Numbered from the stretch's first letter, positions 10,763-21,902 are shown. The stretch is 64,000 bases of DNA from Ignavibacteriota bacterium (GCA_963701295.1 OY969585.1:3424001-3488000); one strand, 5' to 3'. Notes: a model not told the origin generated them from the letters alone. Numbers and translations: made by a program.

Positions 10763-12219
10763 TTACTCTGTCTTGAACTTGTTTGCTGCGTAAAGCAGTC
10801 GTCGAATGACGGTTCCTTTTCCAAGTAACTCCATCATCTCGAAAAGACCAGGACCAATCGTTCGCCCGGAAAGCGCCAACCGTGCCGGGTGAATAAGTTT
10901 GTTTGGTTTAATCAAAAGCTCTTCTGATAATTGCCGCAGAGCAGTTTCGATGGATGCATGAGAAACTCATGTAATACTTCAAGACGGTCGGCAAGCAACT
11001 TCAGGCGTTCGCTCGATTCCGGTTCCCAGTTCTTTTTGAAACCTGCTTCATCGAATGATTCCGGATCGGCAAAAAAATACCCGCTCATTTCAATAAAATC
11101 CTGAGGAAAGGTGAGGCGTTCTTTCATCAATCCGATGACCTTGAGAAGATACTGTTCCTCAATGTTTTTCCACTTTTCTTTTTGAATGTACGGCGCGATA
11201 AGCCGTGCAAGCTCTTCATTGGATTTGAGTTTTATGTGCTGCTGATTCAGCCAATTTAATTTATCAACGTTGAACACTGCACCTGATTTACCAACACGCT
11301 CCAGAGAAAATTCCTGAATTAGTTGATCCATAAAAAAGATTTCCCGTTCATCACCCGGATTCCAACCAAGAAATGCGATAAAATTGACAATCGCTTCCTT
11401 CAGATATCCCTTCGCGCGATAATCTTCGACAGCAATATCACCCTGACGTTTGCTCAACTTGGACCTGTCTGGATTGAGCAATAATGGAAGATGAACAAGC
11501 ACCGGCACTTCCCAACCAAAGTATTGATAGAGCAAAATATGTTTCGGAACGCTCGATAACCATTCTTCACCGCGAATAATATGTGTGACTCCCATAAGGT
11601 GATCATCCACTACCATCGCAAGATGATATGTAGGGAATCCATCCGATTTGATAAGCACCTGATCATCCAGCATTTTATGGGCAATGGTTACTCTTCCTCG
11701 TATAACATCTTCAAACGTTATCTCTCCATCTAATGGTACTTTCATGCGGATAACGTAACGTTCACCAGCAGCAACACGATGTTCAGCTTCTGCAAACGAT
11801 AAGTTCCTGCAATAACGATCGTAAGATGGTGATTGCTTCAGCGCTATCTGCTTCTGCCGAACTTCATCTAATCGCTCAGAAGAGCAAAAGCAGTAATATG
11901 CTTTATCGAAGCCGACCAATTCCTTCGCATGTTGACAATACAATTCCAACCGTTGAGATTGGATGTACGGACCAAAGCCGCCATCTCGATCCGGACCTTC
12001 ATCGTATATCACACCGGCCCACTTCAATGTTTCAATCAGATTTTCGATAGCACCTTCAACTTTACGTGCCTGATCGGTATCTTCGATGCGGAGAATAAAT
12101 TTGCCGCCATGATGTTTTGCGAAAAGAAAGTTATAGAGCGCTGTACGCAATCCACCAATATGCAGGTATCCGGTTGGACTCGGGGCAAAGCGAACACGAA
12201 CCTGTTTTCCCATAAACAT
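10763..12219 (-). CDS. gltX: Glutamate--tRNA ligase (apparent 1-bp frameshift near 10964, probably a sequencing error)
   Basis: RFAPSPTGYLHIGG and KLSKR. Adding one T to the run at 10963-10965 restores the C-terminus ...IHPARLALSGRTIGPGLFEMMELLGK...KTE* ending at 10763. Confidence 0.93.
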
Positions 12220-12234
12220 TCACCTTTTTGATAC

Positions 12235-12265
12235 AAAAAAAGCGTCCCGAAGAATCGAGACGCTT
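12235..12265 (-). terminator. Intrinsic terminator downstream of the tRNA-Ser pair
   Basis: Minus strand reads AAGCGTCTCGATTCTTCGGGACGCTTTTTTT: stem-loop plus U-tract. Confidence 0.7.
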
Positions 12266-12329
12266 GTCCACCTTTCAGGACTACCTACTGAACGAATTCC
12301 CGATGTTATTTTATCAGGACTCCGCTTAG

Positions 12330-12418
12330 CGGAGAGAGAGGGATTCGAACCCTCGATAGCAGTTACCCACTATGCAGGTTTAGCAAACCTGTGCCTTCAG
12401 CCACTCGGCCATCTCTCC
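12330..12418 (-). tRNA. tRNA-Ser(GCT)
   Basis: GGAGAGATGGCCGAGTGG...CAGGT-TTGCTAA-ACCTG, long variable arm, GGTTCGAATCC, acceptor stem and G discriminator. Confidence 0.95.
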
Positions 12419-12483
12419 GAGCTGAATTTCTTGCTTCAATTAAACGAAAAGAACCGCTAAATGCAATGCGATTCTATTGATTG

Positions 12484-12566
12484 CGGAGAGCGAGGGATTC
12501 GAACCCCCAAGGGCTTACGCCCGCCAGTTTTCAAGACTGGTGCAATAGCCGTTCTGCCAGCTCTCC
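12484..12566 (-). tRNA. tRNA-Ser(TGA), intact copy at the left island junction
   Basis: GGAGAGCTGGCAGAACGG...CCAGT-CTTGAAA-ACTGG...GGTTCGAATCCCTCGCTCTCCG. Confidence 0.95.
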
Positions 12567-12567
12567 A
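12495..12567. repeat. att direct repeat, left (73 bp)
   Basis: ggattcgaacccccaagggc...gccagctctcca, identical to 38775-38847. Confidence 0.95.
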
Positions 12568-12604
12568 TGCAAATTTCGCCACTTATTTTTCCTACACAAG
12601 ACTT

Positions 12605-12640
12605 TTGCTAACTTTTTTGTTAGCAAATTAGTTAGCAAAT
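12605..12640. promoter_or_regulatory. Putative integrase arm-type binding sites (GTTAGCAA x2 direct, one inverted)
   Basis: TTGCTAAC at 12605; GTTAGCAAAT at 12619 and 12631. The same pair with 12-bp spacing occurs at 38719/38731. Confidence 0.65.
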
Positions 12641-12782
12641 TTTTTAAGTCTTTGTCTACGATTCACTGCTATGGAACAACCCTTCACGCTCATTCGCGCA
12701 TTTTGCGATGCTTTGCAATGCGAAAAGGGCAAATGATAATTTTTTAATTGTGGAAGTTTCGAATGATTTCATTTGCACTCTA

Positions 12783-12811
12783 AAGATAACCAAGAAAGGA
12801 AGTGAATGCAA
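12783..12811 (-). promoter_or_regulatory. Island-borne sigma70-like promoter facing the intact tRNA
   Basis: Minus strand TTGCAT-N17-TATCTT. Confidence 0.5.
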
Positions 12812-12975
12812 TAGTTTAGACTCACAGTTTTTCTTACTTCTCCATAGGCAATTCGTATGCAGAAGTCAGGATTGAATTACCACAGTGACATAAATGTCGA
12901 AAAACATTTTCCTCTCTAAAAATAAAAATCCCCCATAGTTTTCACCACGAGGGATATTTCATTTTGCCAAGTCTC

Positions 12976-13800
12976 TTAAGCTGCAAGTGGCAATGGCAAA
13001 GCATAGATGCCATGCAAAACAACAACCATCTGTCCAATGTCCGGTTGGACCGCCTTTGCTATCAGCCTATCTGCCGTTCGTGCGGAAATATTCGGACACC
13101 GTTTAATAAGCTGTTTCCGTGTTAATTGTTTATCACTGCCAAACACTGTAGGCCAATCGATTTTTTGTTCTGCAGTTTCTTGGCCGGAGGATTGATCCTG
13201 TCAGGCGATGTGCGCCGATTCATCTGCTTCCCCTAAGTCGTTAAACCAGAGTGTGGATGGATTTAATTCTAATAATCGAGCTGCCCGCATCTTATCATCC
13301 CCGTGTCGGAGTTTTGTGGGTTTCAGCAATCGTTTACTTTCATCGGTTGAGGATCGACGAAACATCAGCACAGTATCCGTTGCACCAGCGAAGACGCTTG
13401 AACCGCGCATATTATCATTATGCATAGTCTCGTATCGCACTCCTTTTTTAGTGTGGTGAACGACAAGCACTGCAACCTTATAAGCGTCACGTATTTCTAC
13501 CAACTGCCGCATCAGCTCTTTCATCTCAAAACTGTCGTTCTCCTTTTTATCGTGCGACCAATACAAGCAATCAAGCACTATAAGAACAGACTGATGCACC
13601 TCTATTAACTTCTGTAGTGTCACTAGAATCGCAGAGTCACTTGGTTTTAATGTTAGCTTTGGTGGGAAAGACAAAGTATTCATCGAGCGACGGAACAAAT
13701 CAGAAAGTGCTGCACTAACCGAACGACAGAAGGAGAAAATACTCCGGGAAGTCACAGATGCACTGCGGAAAGCGTTGGCCGAGCTCTGACGTTTTGCCAT
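12976..13800 (-). pseudogene. Decayed AAA_25/RepA-like helicase (C-terminal half)
   Basis: LIVLD, VLVVHHTKK and MRGSSVFAGATD motifs, no Walker A. After the TGA at 13201-13203 the frame stays open for another 74 codons to 12976. Confidence 0.75.
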
Positions 13801-13850
13801 TTCGTCAAAAGCACTATAGAGTGTTTAACAAGATGGCAAGATGCGACTTT

Positions 13851-14510
13851 TTAAAAATCATTCAAGTCAAACGGTTTTCCATGCCCCGGATAAAATCTCC
13901 TGATTTTTAGAATTTTTATTAATTCAAAGCTTTTATTTATTTCCTGCAAGTCGTCGATGAATGCCGAAAGTTCGACTGTTCCCTTCTTTGTTAATCCTAT
14001 TGTATCTCCACTAAACAAATCACCGTCGCTTGTCAAGATGGCAATCGAACCTTTCGTATGTCCTGGAGTGTGGATGACCTTTGCATCAAAGCTGTAGTCA
14101 TTTAACCTTTGACCGTCTGTCAGTACTATATCCGGTTTGAATGTCTCGAACTTAGATTTTCTATTCCGTAATCTCGACAAAACTCCGATGATCTTGCCAG
14201 AGAATGTCCTTATTTGACGTTTGAGCCGTATGCCGTTTGCAACCATAGAGGAATCAGCCGGGTGCATTGCAATTTTCACTTTATATTTCTTTTGAAGTGC
14301 GGCACAATTTCCGGTATGATCAAAATCCCCATGAGTGATGACCACGAGTTTAAGCTTGCCCGGTAAACAGCCCTCCGCCAACAATTTCCTTTCGAGCTGC
14401 AGCCACGAAGCATTCAATCCCGTATCGATAAGAATATAGCCGTCCTCGAGCTTCACCAAATATGAATTCACAAAGCCAAGCTGCACAAGTTCAATATTTT
14501 TAATTTCCAT
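13851..14510 (-). CDS. MBL-fold metallo-hydrolase
   Basis: LIDTG, THGDFDH, HTPGHTKGS, SGD and PGHG motifs. Confidence 0.9.
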   Translation of the reverse strand: MEIKNIELVQLGFVNSYLVKLEDGYILIDTGLNASWLQLERKLLAEGCLPGKLKLVVITHGDFDHTGNCAALQKKYKVKIAMHPADSSMVANGIRLKRQIRTFSGKIIGVLSRLRNRKSKFETFKPDIVLTDGQRLNDYSFDAKVIHTPGHTKGSIAILTSDGDLFSGDTIGLTKKGTVELSAFIDDLQEINKSFELIKILKIRRFYPGHGKPFDLNDF

Positions 14511-14816
14511 CTAGCACCCTTCTAGTATTTTCTTTCGTGAAATAGTTTATTTCCCTTGTTCAAAAAATTCGTTCAATAACCTAAATATTTCTCTGTCTCT
14601 TCGATATAGGGACAATGCCCGCTTTTCATTATTGCCATTACATAATTTTATCTAAGAATACTTCCCCTATTTTGTTTTCTTTCATCTCCTACACTTCTTA
14701 AAAAAATATGTTCCATTTTTTGAATTCTCTTTGGAATGTGCGTGAACTGGAGACAATTTACGTTGATAATGTAACGATTGATGATAGAAAATCAAATTTG
14801 TAGTGATGGCTTGGAA

Positions 14817-14969
14817 TAAAGTTTGATTTGCACTGCTGACTTCGAGCTAACTTTCAATTTGGTAAGCCGAGTCGCAATAAAAATTCATTTTGCACGTCCG
14901 ACTTCGACATAATTTTCGATTTGTACATCTGAGTCCGCATAAATTTTCATTTTGGCAAGCTCAATCGAG
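14817..14969. repeat. Degenerate ~30-32-bp tandem repeat, about 5 units
   Basis: Units such as taactttcaatttggtaagccgagtcgcaa and taattttcgatttgtacatctgagtccgca. Confidence 0.5.
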
Positions 14970-15201
14970 GATCCAAATCGTTCAACTATCATAAAACAAT
15001 GAACTTGCAGAGTGACTGTTTTTGTTATCCTTTTGTCACTATCTTCGCAGGCTTTTGCCATCGTTTGTCATCCCTTTGCGATCTCTTAACGATCGTTTCC
15101 AATCCTTTTGCCATACCGTCACGACCCTTAAAGTATCTGGCGAGATGGCAAGATCACCTATGGTCTATATGCGTGATGTGTCCCACTATCATTTTGAATA
15201 T

Positions 15202-15225
15202 GTCAGCTTGAGCGCCTGGTAAGGC
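15202..15225 (-). repeat. Half attC (R''-L'' only), terminal site of array A
   Basis: gtcagcttgagcgcctggtaaggc matches the end of the full sites, but the core is mutated and the rest is missing. Confidence 0.75.
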
Positions 15226-15676
15226 CGCTGACATCAATGATCTTATCAAATACTTCTTGAGTTTTCTTTGATTGAAAGCCAACCTGTTTATAAAACATTC
15301 TTGTTTTTTCTCGTAAGATATTTGTACGAACACGAAGATGATAACACTTTTTCTCACGTGCCCAATTTTCGGCAATTGTGATAAGTCGTCTACCAATTCC
15401 TGATCCGCGAGATGATTCCGCTACAACAAGTCCGCATATTTCTACAAAAGCATTACTTTCTAATGTCTGAATAAGGGCAATGTGAATCCAACCGACGATA
15501 GAATCAAGTTCCGCAACATAAATTCCATTGTCGGATGCAGAGGATACTTTGTAAAAGCGATTTTCCATCTCTTCCGTTGTTGTTGGATAGCCGAGTTCTC
15601 CAGAAAGTTTTGCAAGAGCGACAACATCTCTTTTCTTTGCTTCACGAATAATTAGATCTTTATTCATTTGTATCAA
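15203..15676 (-). CDS. GNAT family N-acetyltransferase (cassette)
   Basis: LVVAESSRGSGIGRRL acetyl-CoA motif and FYKQVGF; flanked by attC sites. Confidence 0.9.
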   Translation of the reverse strand: MIQMNKDLIIREAKKRDVVALAKLSGELGYPTTTEEMENRFYKVSSASDNGIYVAELDSIVGWIHIALIQTLESNAFVEICGLVVAESSRGSGIGRRLITIAENWAREKKCYHLRVRTNILREKTRMFYKQVGFQSKKTQEVFDKIIDVSGLTRRSS

Positions 15677-15689
15677 ATATTTTGTTGCG

Positions 15690-15845
15690 GCCTAACGGAC
15701 CGGTGCTAAGCTGCGGCGCTGATAATTATCAATGTACACAAAACGAAACAAGTTCATTCACTTTACTTTAAAATCTGCACTGAACCTATGAGCGCAATGA
15801 CTTTTGCACTCCGCTCATTCCGTCAGCTTGAGCGCCTGGTTAGGC
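15690..15845 (-). repeat. attC-like site (156 bp)
   Basis: Top strand GCCTAAC-caggc-GCTCAAGC-TGACGG...CCGCA-GCTTAGC-accggtcc-GTTAGGC. Confidence 0.88.
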
Positions 15846-15893
15846 GCGATGTATTTTATAAGATGATAGCGTACAGTAACATAATTAACAAAT

Positions 15894-17060
15894 TTACTTT
15901 CCTTTCTTCTCCGTAACAGCAAACGGAAGAGGATCGTAGAGGGCACGACATAGTCCTTCCGTATAGTTCCCCTTGACTGCAAGATAAGAAGATACATTCG
16001 TCAGGAGAACTACACCGACATGCGTATTCCGCTCAAAAATTACTCCAGATGTATAGCCTGGGGTGGCTCCGAACGCTCCTTGATGATTTTTGCCGCGCTC
16101 ACTGTAGGGCGCCCAACCAAGCGCTCCCGAAAAGTGCTCGTTGAATTGTTTTGTTGGTTTCTGGGCGAGGTAGAAATAAGTCGTATCAGTTATGTTCGCT
16201 TTGAGATATTTCACAAGATCTTTGGCCGAGGATTTTATTCCGCCGCAGCCGGTAAGCGCACCACAATCACCATTTCCAAAAGGGAGCAAATCGCCGTTTG
16301 GATGTCTTCCCTGAACCATTCGATGTATGCGCTCTAGTGTAAGGTCAACAAATGTGTTCTTCATTCTCAAAGGTTTACACACCATTTCAAATAATATTTC
16401 TTCGTACGATTTTTTAAATACTAATGTCAGAATGTGGCCTAACAGACCACCGCCGAGATTGGAGTATGTACGCTTTTCTCCTGGCGTAGATTGTAACACC
16501 AGTTGATGTGACAGGTAATCATAGAGTCGTTCTATACTATAGTCTTTATATGGAGCATATGGATCAAAGGGATGTTTGTCATCATTCTTTACATTGATTG
16601 GCTCAAATGGCAGACCTGATGTATGTTCGGCAAGTTGAACGAGTGTTATCTCCTTCCCATTAAGGGCAGATTGATTCAAAGTGATAGGAAGATAATTCTT
16701 TATAGGATCGTTGAGGTGAACCTTCTTGTCATACACGAGCTTAGCAAGCATGGTACCAGTAAATGTCTTAGTAATGGATCCTATTTCAAAAACGCTGTCG
16801 CTGTTCTCGACGTACACTAGGGAATCGTTGCGACGCTCAATGCCAACATACTTTTCTGAATCTCCTTTGATGATACAAATAGATAGTTGCGTTCCGTTGG
16901 GGAAATACTGAGCGCGGTCATAAACGGCCTGTGCTTGCAACGAATCTAACGAATTAGGATTACTTGTAATTGGTAACTTCGCCAGTTCTCTTGCCTTAAA
17001 AGGTGAACAGGATGTAATTACCAAAATTAGAATTATGGATAAAGTTCTAATAAGACTCAT
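15894..17060 (-). CDS. Serine hydrolase, beta-lactamase/AmpC-like family, probable lipoprotein (cassette)
   Basis: Lipobox-like ITSC, SxxK (FEIGSITK), HTSGLP and YSN motifs. Confidence 0.85.
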   Translation of the reverse strand: MSLIRTLSIILILVITSCSPFKARELAKLPITSNPNSLDSLQAQAVYDRAQYFPNGTQLSICIIKGDSEKYVGIERRNDSLVYVENSDSVFEIGSITKTFTGTMLAKLVYDKKVHLNDPIKNYLPITLNQSALNGKEITLVQLAEHTSGLPFEPINVKNDDKHPFDPYAPYKDYSIERLYDYLSHQLVLQSTPGEKRTYSNLGGGLLGHILTLVFKKSYEEILFEMVCKPLRMKNTFVDLTLERIHRMVQGRHPNGDLLPFGNGDCGALTGCGGIKSSAKDLVKYLKANITDTTYFYLAQKPTKQFNEHFSGALGWAPYSERGKNHQGAFGATPGYTSGVIFERNTHVGVVLLTNVSSYLAVKGNYTEGLCRALYDPLPFAVTEKKGK

Positions 17061-17112
17061 ATTTCAATATTCTCTAATCTCAGTGGACATCAAAATTGCA
17101 TTGGCACAGCGC

Positions 17113-17307
17113 GCCTAACGGTACGGCGCTAAGCTGCGGCGCTGATAATTATCAATGTACACAAAACGAAACAAGTTCATGCTGAGAACCAAATTAATAA
17201 ATATAAAAGTTATAGGTACTAAAAACTGAATAATAAAAACGAAAATCCACCACAAGCCATGCTATTTGCAGTGAGCTCATTCCGCCAGCTTGAGCGCCTG
17301 GTTAGGC
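17113..17307 (-). repeat. attC-like site (195 bp)
   Basis: Same R''/L''/L'/R' boxes as 15690-15845 with a longer central region. Confidence 0.88.
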
Positions 17308-17397
17308 GGCAATATTAATAATAAAAAAACAGATTAAATTTCATGCCAACAAAGTTAGCGCGCCGCCTTAATTCGCTTTTTTACGGCAAATTATTCT

Positions 17398-17766
17398 CTA
17401 TTTCTTTAGATATCCAAAGCCGATTGTAATAATAGGAATACTTAAATATTTAATTCCAATCTGGCTCATATATAAGGATAATGGCATCTGCATCGGGCTT
17501 TTGGGTAGAAATAATATCAAGTCAATAACTAAATTAATTATAAGCCAAAGCAATCCCAATAAAACTCCTTCGCGAACAAAGTTTGATTCTACTTTTTTGA
17601 AGTAACGAGTCGCAAACCACACCACCGTAAAGACAATCACAACTGCCATCAAAGATTCAAACAAATAGTAATTGTAATCCTTCAATGGAAAAATAACAAA
17701 TGAAACGGCAAACGGTAGTAGCCAATCGAAGAACCCAAGCAATAAAGCTGATTTAATAGATTTCAT
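17398..17766 (-). CDS. Small 4-TM membrane protein (cassette)
   Basis: 122 aa, hydrophobic, RBS GGAG; lies between attC sites. Confidence 0.8.
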   Translation of the reverse strand: MKSIKSALLLGFFDWLLPFAVSFVIFPLKDYNYYLFESLMAVVIVFTVVWFATRYFKKVESNFVREGVLLGLLWLIINLVIDLILFLPKSPMQMPLSLYMSQIGIKYLSIPIITIGFGYLKK

Positions 17767-17852
17767 AATTACTCCAAATTATTAAATATTTTCTTTAAGA
17801 TAATTATAGATTTCCCTTCAACGTCAGCAAATTCACTAAATGAAAGATTGCC

Positions 17853-18041
17853 GGCTAACGGATGGCAACTAAGCTGCGGCAACGACAATCCGCAAGTTGC
17901 TGAAAACGAACCAAGTTCATTCTGAAAAATTTATTATTAAACATTCGAACCTCTATGCGCCATGCATAACGTACCCATTTACCCGCCATGCTTTATCTTT
18001 GGGCGGGCGCTCATCCCGTCAGCTTGAGCGCCTGGTTAGGG
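17853..18041 (-). repeat. attC-like site (189 bp)
   Basis: ggctaac...ctaagctg...cagcttgagcgcctggttaggg on the plus strand. Confidence 0.88.
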
Positions 18042-18089
18042 CGCAAGCGGACTTTTAACAGAACACCAATCGATTGCATATATTGTGAT

Positions 18090-18596
18090 TCAATCATCAA
18101 AAGCCTTAAGAAGAATCTTTTGTTTCACACTCAAGATTTTTTCAGACCTGAGGTCATAGATCTCGTAATGACCAGATGAAGTGCCGATAATTCCACCAAT
18201 GAGAAAACCGCCTGTACCTCCAAGAATCCCTCCACCTAAAGCAACAGGCCCAGGACCAAGATCGATTGCAAAGGGTTTTGGCTCTGGTTTGTGGTAGGAT
18301 TCAAAACCGATGAATGCACCTATTGCTGCACCGAACAAAAATCCTTTCCCAGCCCCATTCCAGAAAGATCCTTCCTTGAAACGTGTTAATACTGCAATAG
18401 AGTCAATAGGAATGGATATTGTTCTACAAATACATGTGGCAAAGAGAACCATATCTGGAAGGGAATCAAGCTTGCAAACACTTATTGTATCACCCGAGAA
18501 GCAGATCAACTTCCAAGCATTCTCTTGAGCCGATGAGAGTGAAACGGAAATACAAAGGATTATTATAATCACTAAGAGTGTTTTAGTTGTTTGCAT
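18090..18596 (-). CDS. Exported hypothetical protein with glycine-zipper-like segments (cassette)
   Basis: Signal-peptide-like N-terminus and GxxxG-rich hydrophobic stretches. Confidence 0.75.
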   Translation of the reverse strand: MQTTKTLLVIIIILCISVSLSSAQENAWKLICFSGDTISVCKLDSLPDMVLFATCICRTISIPIDSIAVLTRFKEGSFWNGAGKGFLFGAAIGAFIGFESYHKPEPKPFAIDLGPGPVALGGGILGGTGGFLIGGIIGTSSGHYEIYDLRSEKILSVKQKILLKAFDD

Positions 18597-18612
18597 AAAA
18601 CCTCTCTTTGTG

Positions 18613-18801
18613 CCCTAACGGACCGGCGCTAAGCTGCCGCACTGATAACTTTCAAATTGTACTAAACGAAACAAGTTCATGCTGAAAAATCTATTATTAA
18701 GAACCGAAACCTCTACGCGCAATGCTAAACGTACGCATTTACCCGTCATGCTTTATCTTTGGGCGGGCGCTCATTCCGTCAGCTTGAGCGCCTGGTTATG
18801 T
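18613..18801 (-). repeat. attC-like site (189 bp)
   Basis: ccctaac...ctaagctg...cagcttgagcgcctggttatgt on the plus strand. Confidence 0.88.
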
Positions 18802-18809
18802 TGCAATTG

Positions 18810-21800
18810 CTACTTAAGCAAAATAAGCTTCTTAGTTTGGGTAAACGCACCAGTCTGCAATATGTAAAAGTAAATTCCGCTCGATATATTTGCTGCATTC
18901 CATTGTTTAGAATAACTTCCTGCAGGCATTTCTTCAGAGACGATGGTAGCTACTTCTCTTCCAAGTATATCAAAAATCTTTAGTGATACAAATGACTTTG
19001 AAGGAATAGCAAAAGAGATTGTTGTTGTCGGATTAAAAGGGTTTGGATAATTTTGTGCAAGCGCAAACTCTTTCGGAACGATTCCAACTTGCCTTTCTAC
19101 AGGCAACGCTGGATTAATATTTGTTCTTAAATCAGGATAATTAGTTCCTGTCATTTGCCAGACAGTGGTAAAATCCCAACCGGCATTTATAAAAGTGGAT
19201 CTCGTTTTCATTTCCGCAGTGGTTTTGCCTGTACCGGCATCGCTCGTGGATTGCATGGAGGTTACTGTATCCCAAAAGGAACTGTCTACGGAACCACCAT
19301 TATTATATCCCACCAGACCGCCAATATAAGAACCCTTGCTGCTAACACTTCCGATAGAATAGCAATTGGTTACACCGCCAACATAATTTTCTCCCACCAA
19401 ACCGCCAACAGAAGAATTACCGTTAACACTTCCGGAGGAATAGCAGTTGCTCACTATGGAATAAGAATAATTTTCTCCCACCAGACCGCCAACATAAGAA
19501 TTATTACCGTTAACACTTCCGGTAGAATAGCTGTTGCTCACTGTGGAAATAGAAAAATTATCTCCCACCAAACCGCCAACAGAATAAGTTCCATTAACAC
19601 TTCCGGAGGAGTAGCAGTTGAGCACTGTGGAAGAATCATCATTATCTCCCACCAAACCACCAACATAACTATATCCGCTAACACTTCCGGAGGAGTAGCA
19701 GTAGGCCACTTCAGAATAATCATTAGCTCCCACCAAACCGCCAACATAATTTCGACCGGTTATACGTGCATTTGTAATCCCAAGAAACACAACCGCTCCA
19801 TATCTGTATCTTGTGTATCCAAATAAACCAATGAAATCAGTTGATGGACGATTAATAAATAAACTATCGATAGTATGTCCATTACCATTGTAGTGACCGG
19901 TAAAATTCGTTATATCATTCCCTATTGGCGTCCAACCGGCACCATTAAACCAACTTGAAGTTACTGATGCGTTAATATTTGCGGTTTGTATGTAGAATTT
20001 ATCCCAATTTTCCGTGTTTAATGCTATCCAGTATAGATTATTTAAAGACGCTATTTGATAAGCATTTCCGCTTGTGCCATTACCCACTGAAGGTGCTGTT
20101 GCAGTTTTTGGCAATGGAGTACCACCTGGGTTTTGCCAGGATAAGTAAGGGTATCCATTATTAAATCCAGCATCCATATACCATATTGAACTGTTCCAAC
20201 CGGCTAATGAAAAAGTTAATTTTGTTTTCATTTCCGCAGTGGTTTCACCAGTACCGCCATTACTTGTGGACTTACCGGATGTTTCAATATTCCAAAAGGA
20301 ATAGTTTACTGTGCCAAAATAATTATATCCCACCAAACCGCCAACATAAGAACCCGTCCCGCTAACACTTCCGGTAGAGTAACAATTGTTTACTGTGGCA
20401 GAATTATATCCAACTAGACCGCTGGTATATTCAGCTCCGCTAACACTTCCGGTAGAGTAACAATTGTTTACTGTGCCACTATTAGATCCTACCAGACTGC
20501 CAACAGAAGAACCCGTTCCGCTAACACTTCCGGTAGAGTAACAGTTGCTCACTGTGGAATAAAAATTCCATCCCACCAGACCGCCAACTTCACCATTACC
20601 GGTTATGTTTGCATTTGTAATCCCAATGCTGTCGATAACTCCACCATTTGTAGCTCCAAATAAACCAATGAAACTAGTTGATGGACGATTGATGAATAAA
20701 CCATCAATAGTATGTCCATTACCATTATAGGAACCGGTGAATTTCGTCGCACCATTCCCTATCGGCGTCCAACCGGCACCGCCGAACCAACTTGATGTTA
20801 CTGATGCGTTAATATTTGCAGTTTGTTCAAAATAGACTCCGGTAAAATTAGTTCCAGAATTAGCTTGAAATGCTATCCAGTACAAATTTTCTAAAGATGC
20901 TATTTGATATGGATTTCCACTTGTACCATCGCTTGCTGAGGGAGCTATTATAGTTTTTTGCAATGGAGTACCACCTGTGTTTTGCCAGGATAAGAAGGGA
21001 TATCCATTGTTTATTGATCCGTCTATTTTCCAAATAGTACCCGTATCATCCCAACCGACTAATGAAAAAGTGATTGGATTTTTCATATACACAGTAGTTA
21101 TACCTGTGCCGCCATCGCTTGTTCCACATCCAGAAGTTTGAGTATCCCAAAAGGAATTACTCACTGTGGATGAAGAATTATCCCCTATCAGACCACCTGT
21201 AGAATAACTAACTCCGCTAACACTCCCAGCAGAGTAACAATTATTTACTGCGGAATAATCATTTAATCCCATTAAACCGCCAATAGTACTATTTCCGATA
21301 ACACTTCCTGTAGAATAGCTGTTGCTTACCGGGGAATATTCATTCCTCCCCACTAGTCCACCGACACACTGCTTTCCATTAACACTTCCAGAGGAGTAAC
21401 ATTTGCTTACTGTGGAATAAAACCAATTAACTCCCACAAGACCGCCAACACAAGTGTCACCGGTTATGTTTGCATTTGTAATCCCAATGCTGTCAATAAC
21501 TGCTCCACTTGTGATTCCGAATAAACCAATGTAACCAGTTGATGGACGATTGATAAATAAACCATCAATAGTATGTCCATTACCATTATAGGAACCGGTG
21601 AATTTCGTCGCACCATTCCCTATCGGCGTCCAACCGGCACCGCTGAACCAACTTGATGTTATTGATGCATTAATGTCTGAGGTTTGTAAGTAGTATTTAT
21701 TCCAATTTGCCGTGCTTGATGCTATCCAGTACAAATTTTCTAAAGACGCTATTTGATAAGGATTTCCGCTTGTGCCAGCACCCGCTGAAGGTGGGGTAGC

Positions 21801-21863
21801 CGTTTGAGCAAACAATGTGCCTGCAAAAAGAATAAGAACTGAAACGAATAAAAAGTTTTTCAT
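18810..21863 (-). CDS. GLUG-repeat protein with T9SS C-terminal sorting domain (cassette)
   Basis: Signal peptide; three internal modules (PYQIASLENLYW...WTPIGN...GGLVG repeats); CTD NYPNPFNPTT...KKLILLK. Confidence 0.9.
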   Translation of the reverse strand: MKNFLFVSVLILFAGTLFAQTATPPSAGAGTSGNPYQIASLENLYWIASSTANWNKYYLQTSDINASITSSWFSGAGWTPIGNGATKFTGSYNGNGHTIDGLFINRPSTGYIGLFGITSGAVIDSIGITNANITGDTCVGGLVGVNWFYSTVSKCYSSGSVNGKQCVGGLVGRNEYSPVSNSYSTGSVIGNSTIGGLMGLNDYSAVNNCYSAGSVSGVSYSTGGLIGDNSSSTVSNSFWDTQTSGCGTSDGGTGITTVYMKNPITFSLVGWDDTGTIWKIDGSINNGYPFLSWQNTGGTPLQKTIIAPSASDGTSGNPYQIASLENLYWIAFQANSGTNFTGVYFEQTANINASVTSSWFGGAGWTPIGNGATKFTGSYNGNGHTIDGLFINRPSTSFIGLFGATNGGVIDSIGITNANITGNGEVGGLVGWNFYSTVSNCYSTGSVSGTGSSVGSLVGSNSGTVNNCYSTGSVSGAEYTSGLVGYNSATVNNCYSTGSVSGTGSYVGGLVGYNYFGTVNYSFWNIETSGKSTSNGGTGETTAEMKTKLTFSLAGWNSSIWYMDAGFNNGYPYLSWQNPGGTPLPKTATAPSVGNGTSGNAYQIASLNNLYWIALNTENWDKFYIQTANINASVTSSWFNGAGWTPIGNDITNFTGHYNGNGHTIDSLFINRPSTDFIGLFGYTRYRYGAVVFLGITNARITGRNYVGGLVGANDYSEVAYCYSSGSVSGYSYVGGLVGDNDDSSTVLNCYSSGSVNGTYSVGGLVGDNFSISTVSNSYSTGSVNGNNSYVGGLVGENYSYSIVSNCYSSGSVNGNSSVGGLVGENYVGGVTNCYSIGSVSSKGSYIGGLVGYNNGGSVDSSFWDTVTSMQSTSDAGTGKTTAEMKTRSTFINAGWDFTTVWQMTGTNYPDLRTNINPALPVERQVGIVPKEFALAQNYPNPFNPTTTISFAIPSKSFVSLKIFDILGREVATIVSEEMPAGSYSKQWNAANISSGIYFYILQTGAFTQTKKLILLK

Positions 21864-21902
21864 AGGTAATTCCCTTTCATTCTATCATTAAGGGTAATTG
21901 CA

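Noticed and set aside
13851-17060. MBL-fold, GNAT and serine hydrolase genes as antibiotic-resistance determinants
   Set aside because: Only superfamily motifs are visible. The MBL has the HxDxDH type and no signal peptide, and the serine hydrolase lacks a clear KTG/HTG triad, so resistance cannot be claimed.
19155-19826. 223-aa repetitive plus-strand ORF
   Set aside because: Antisense reading of the GLUG repeats.
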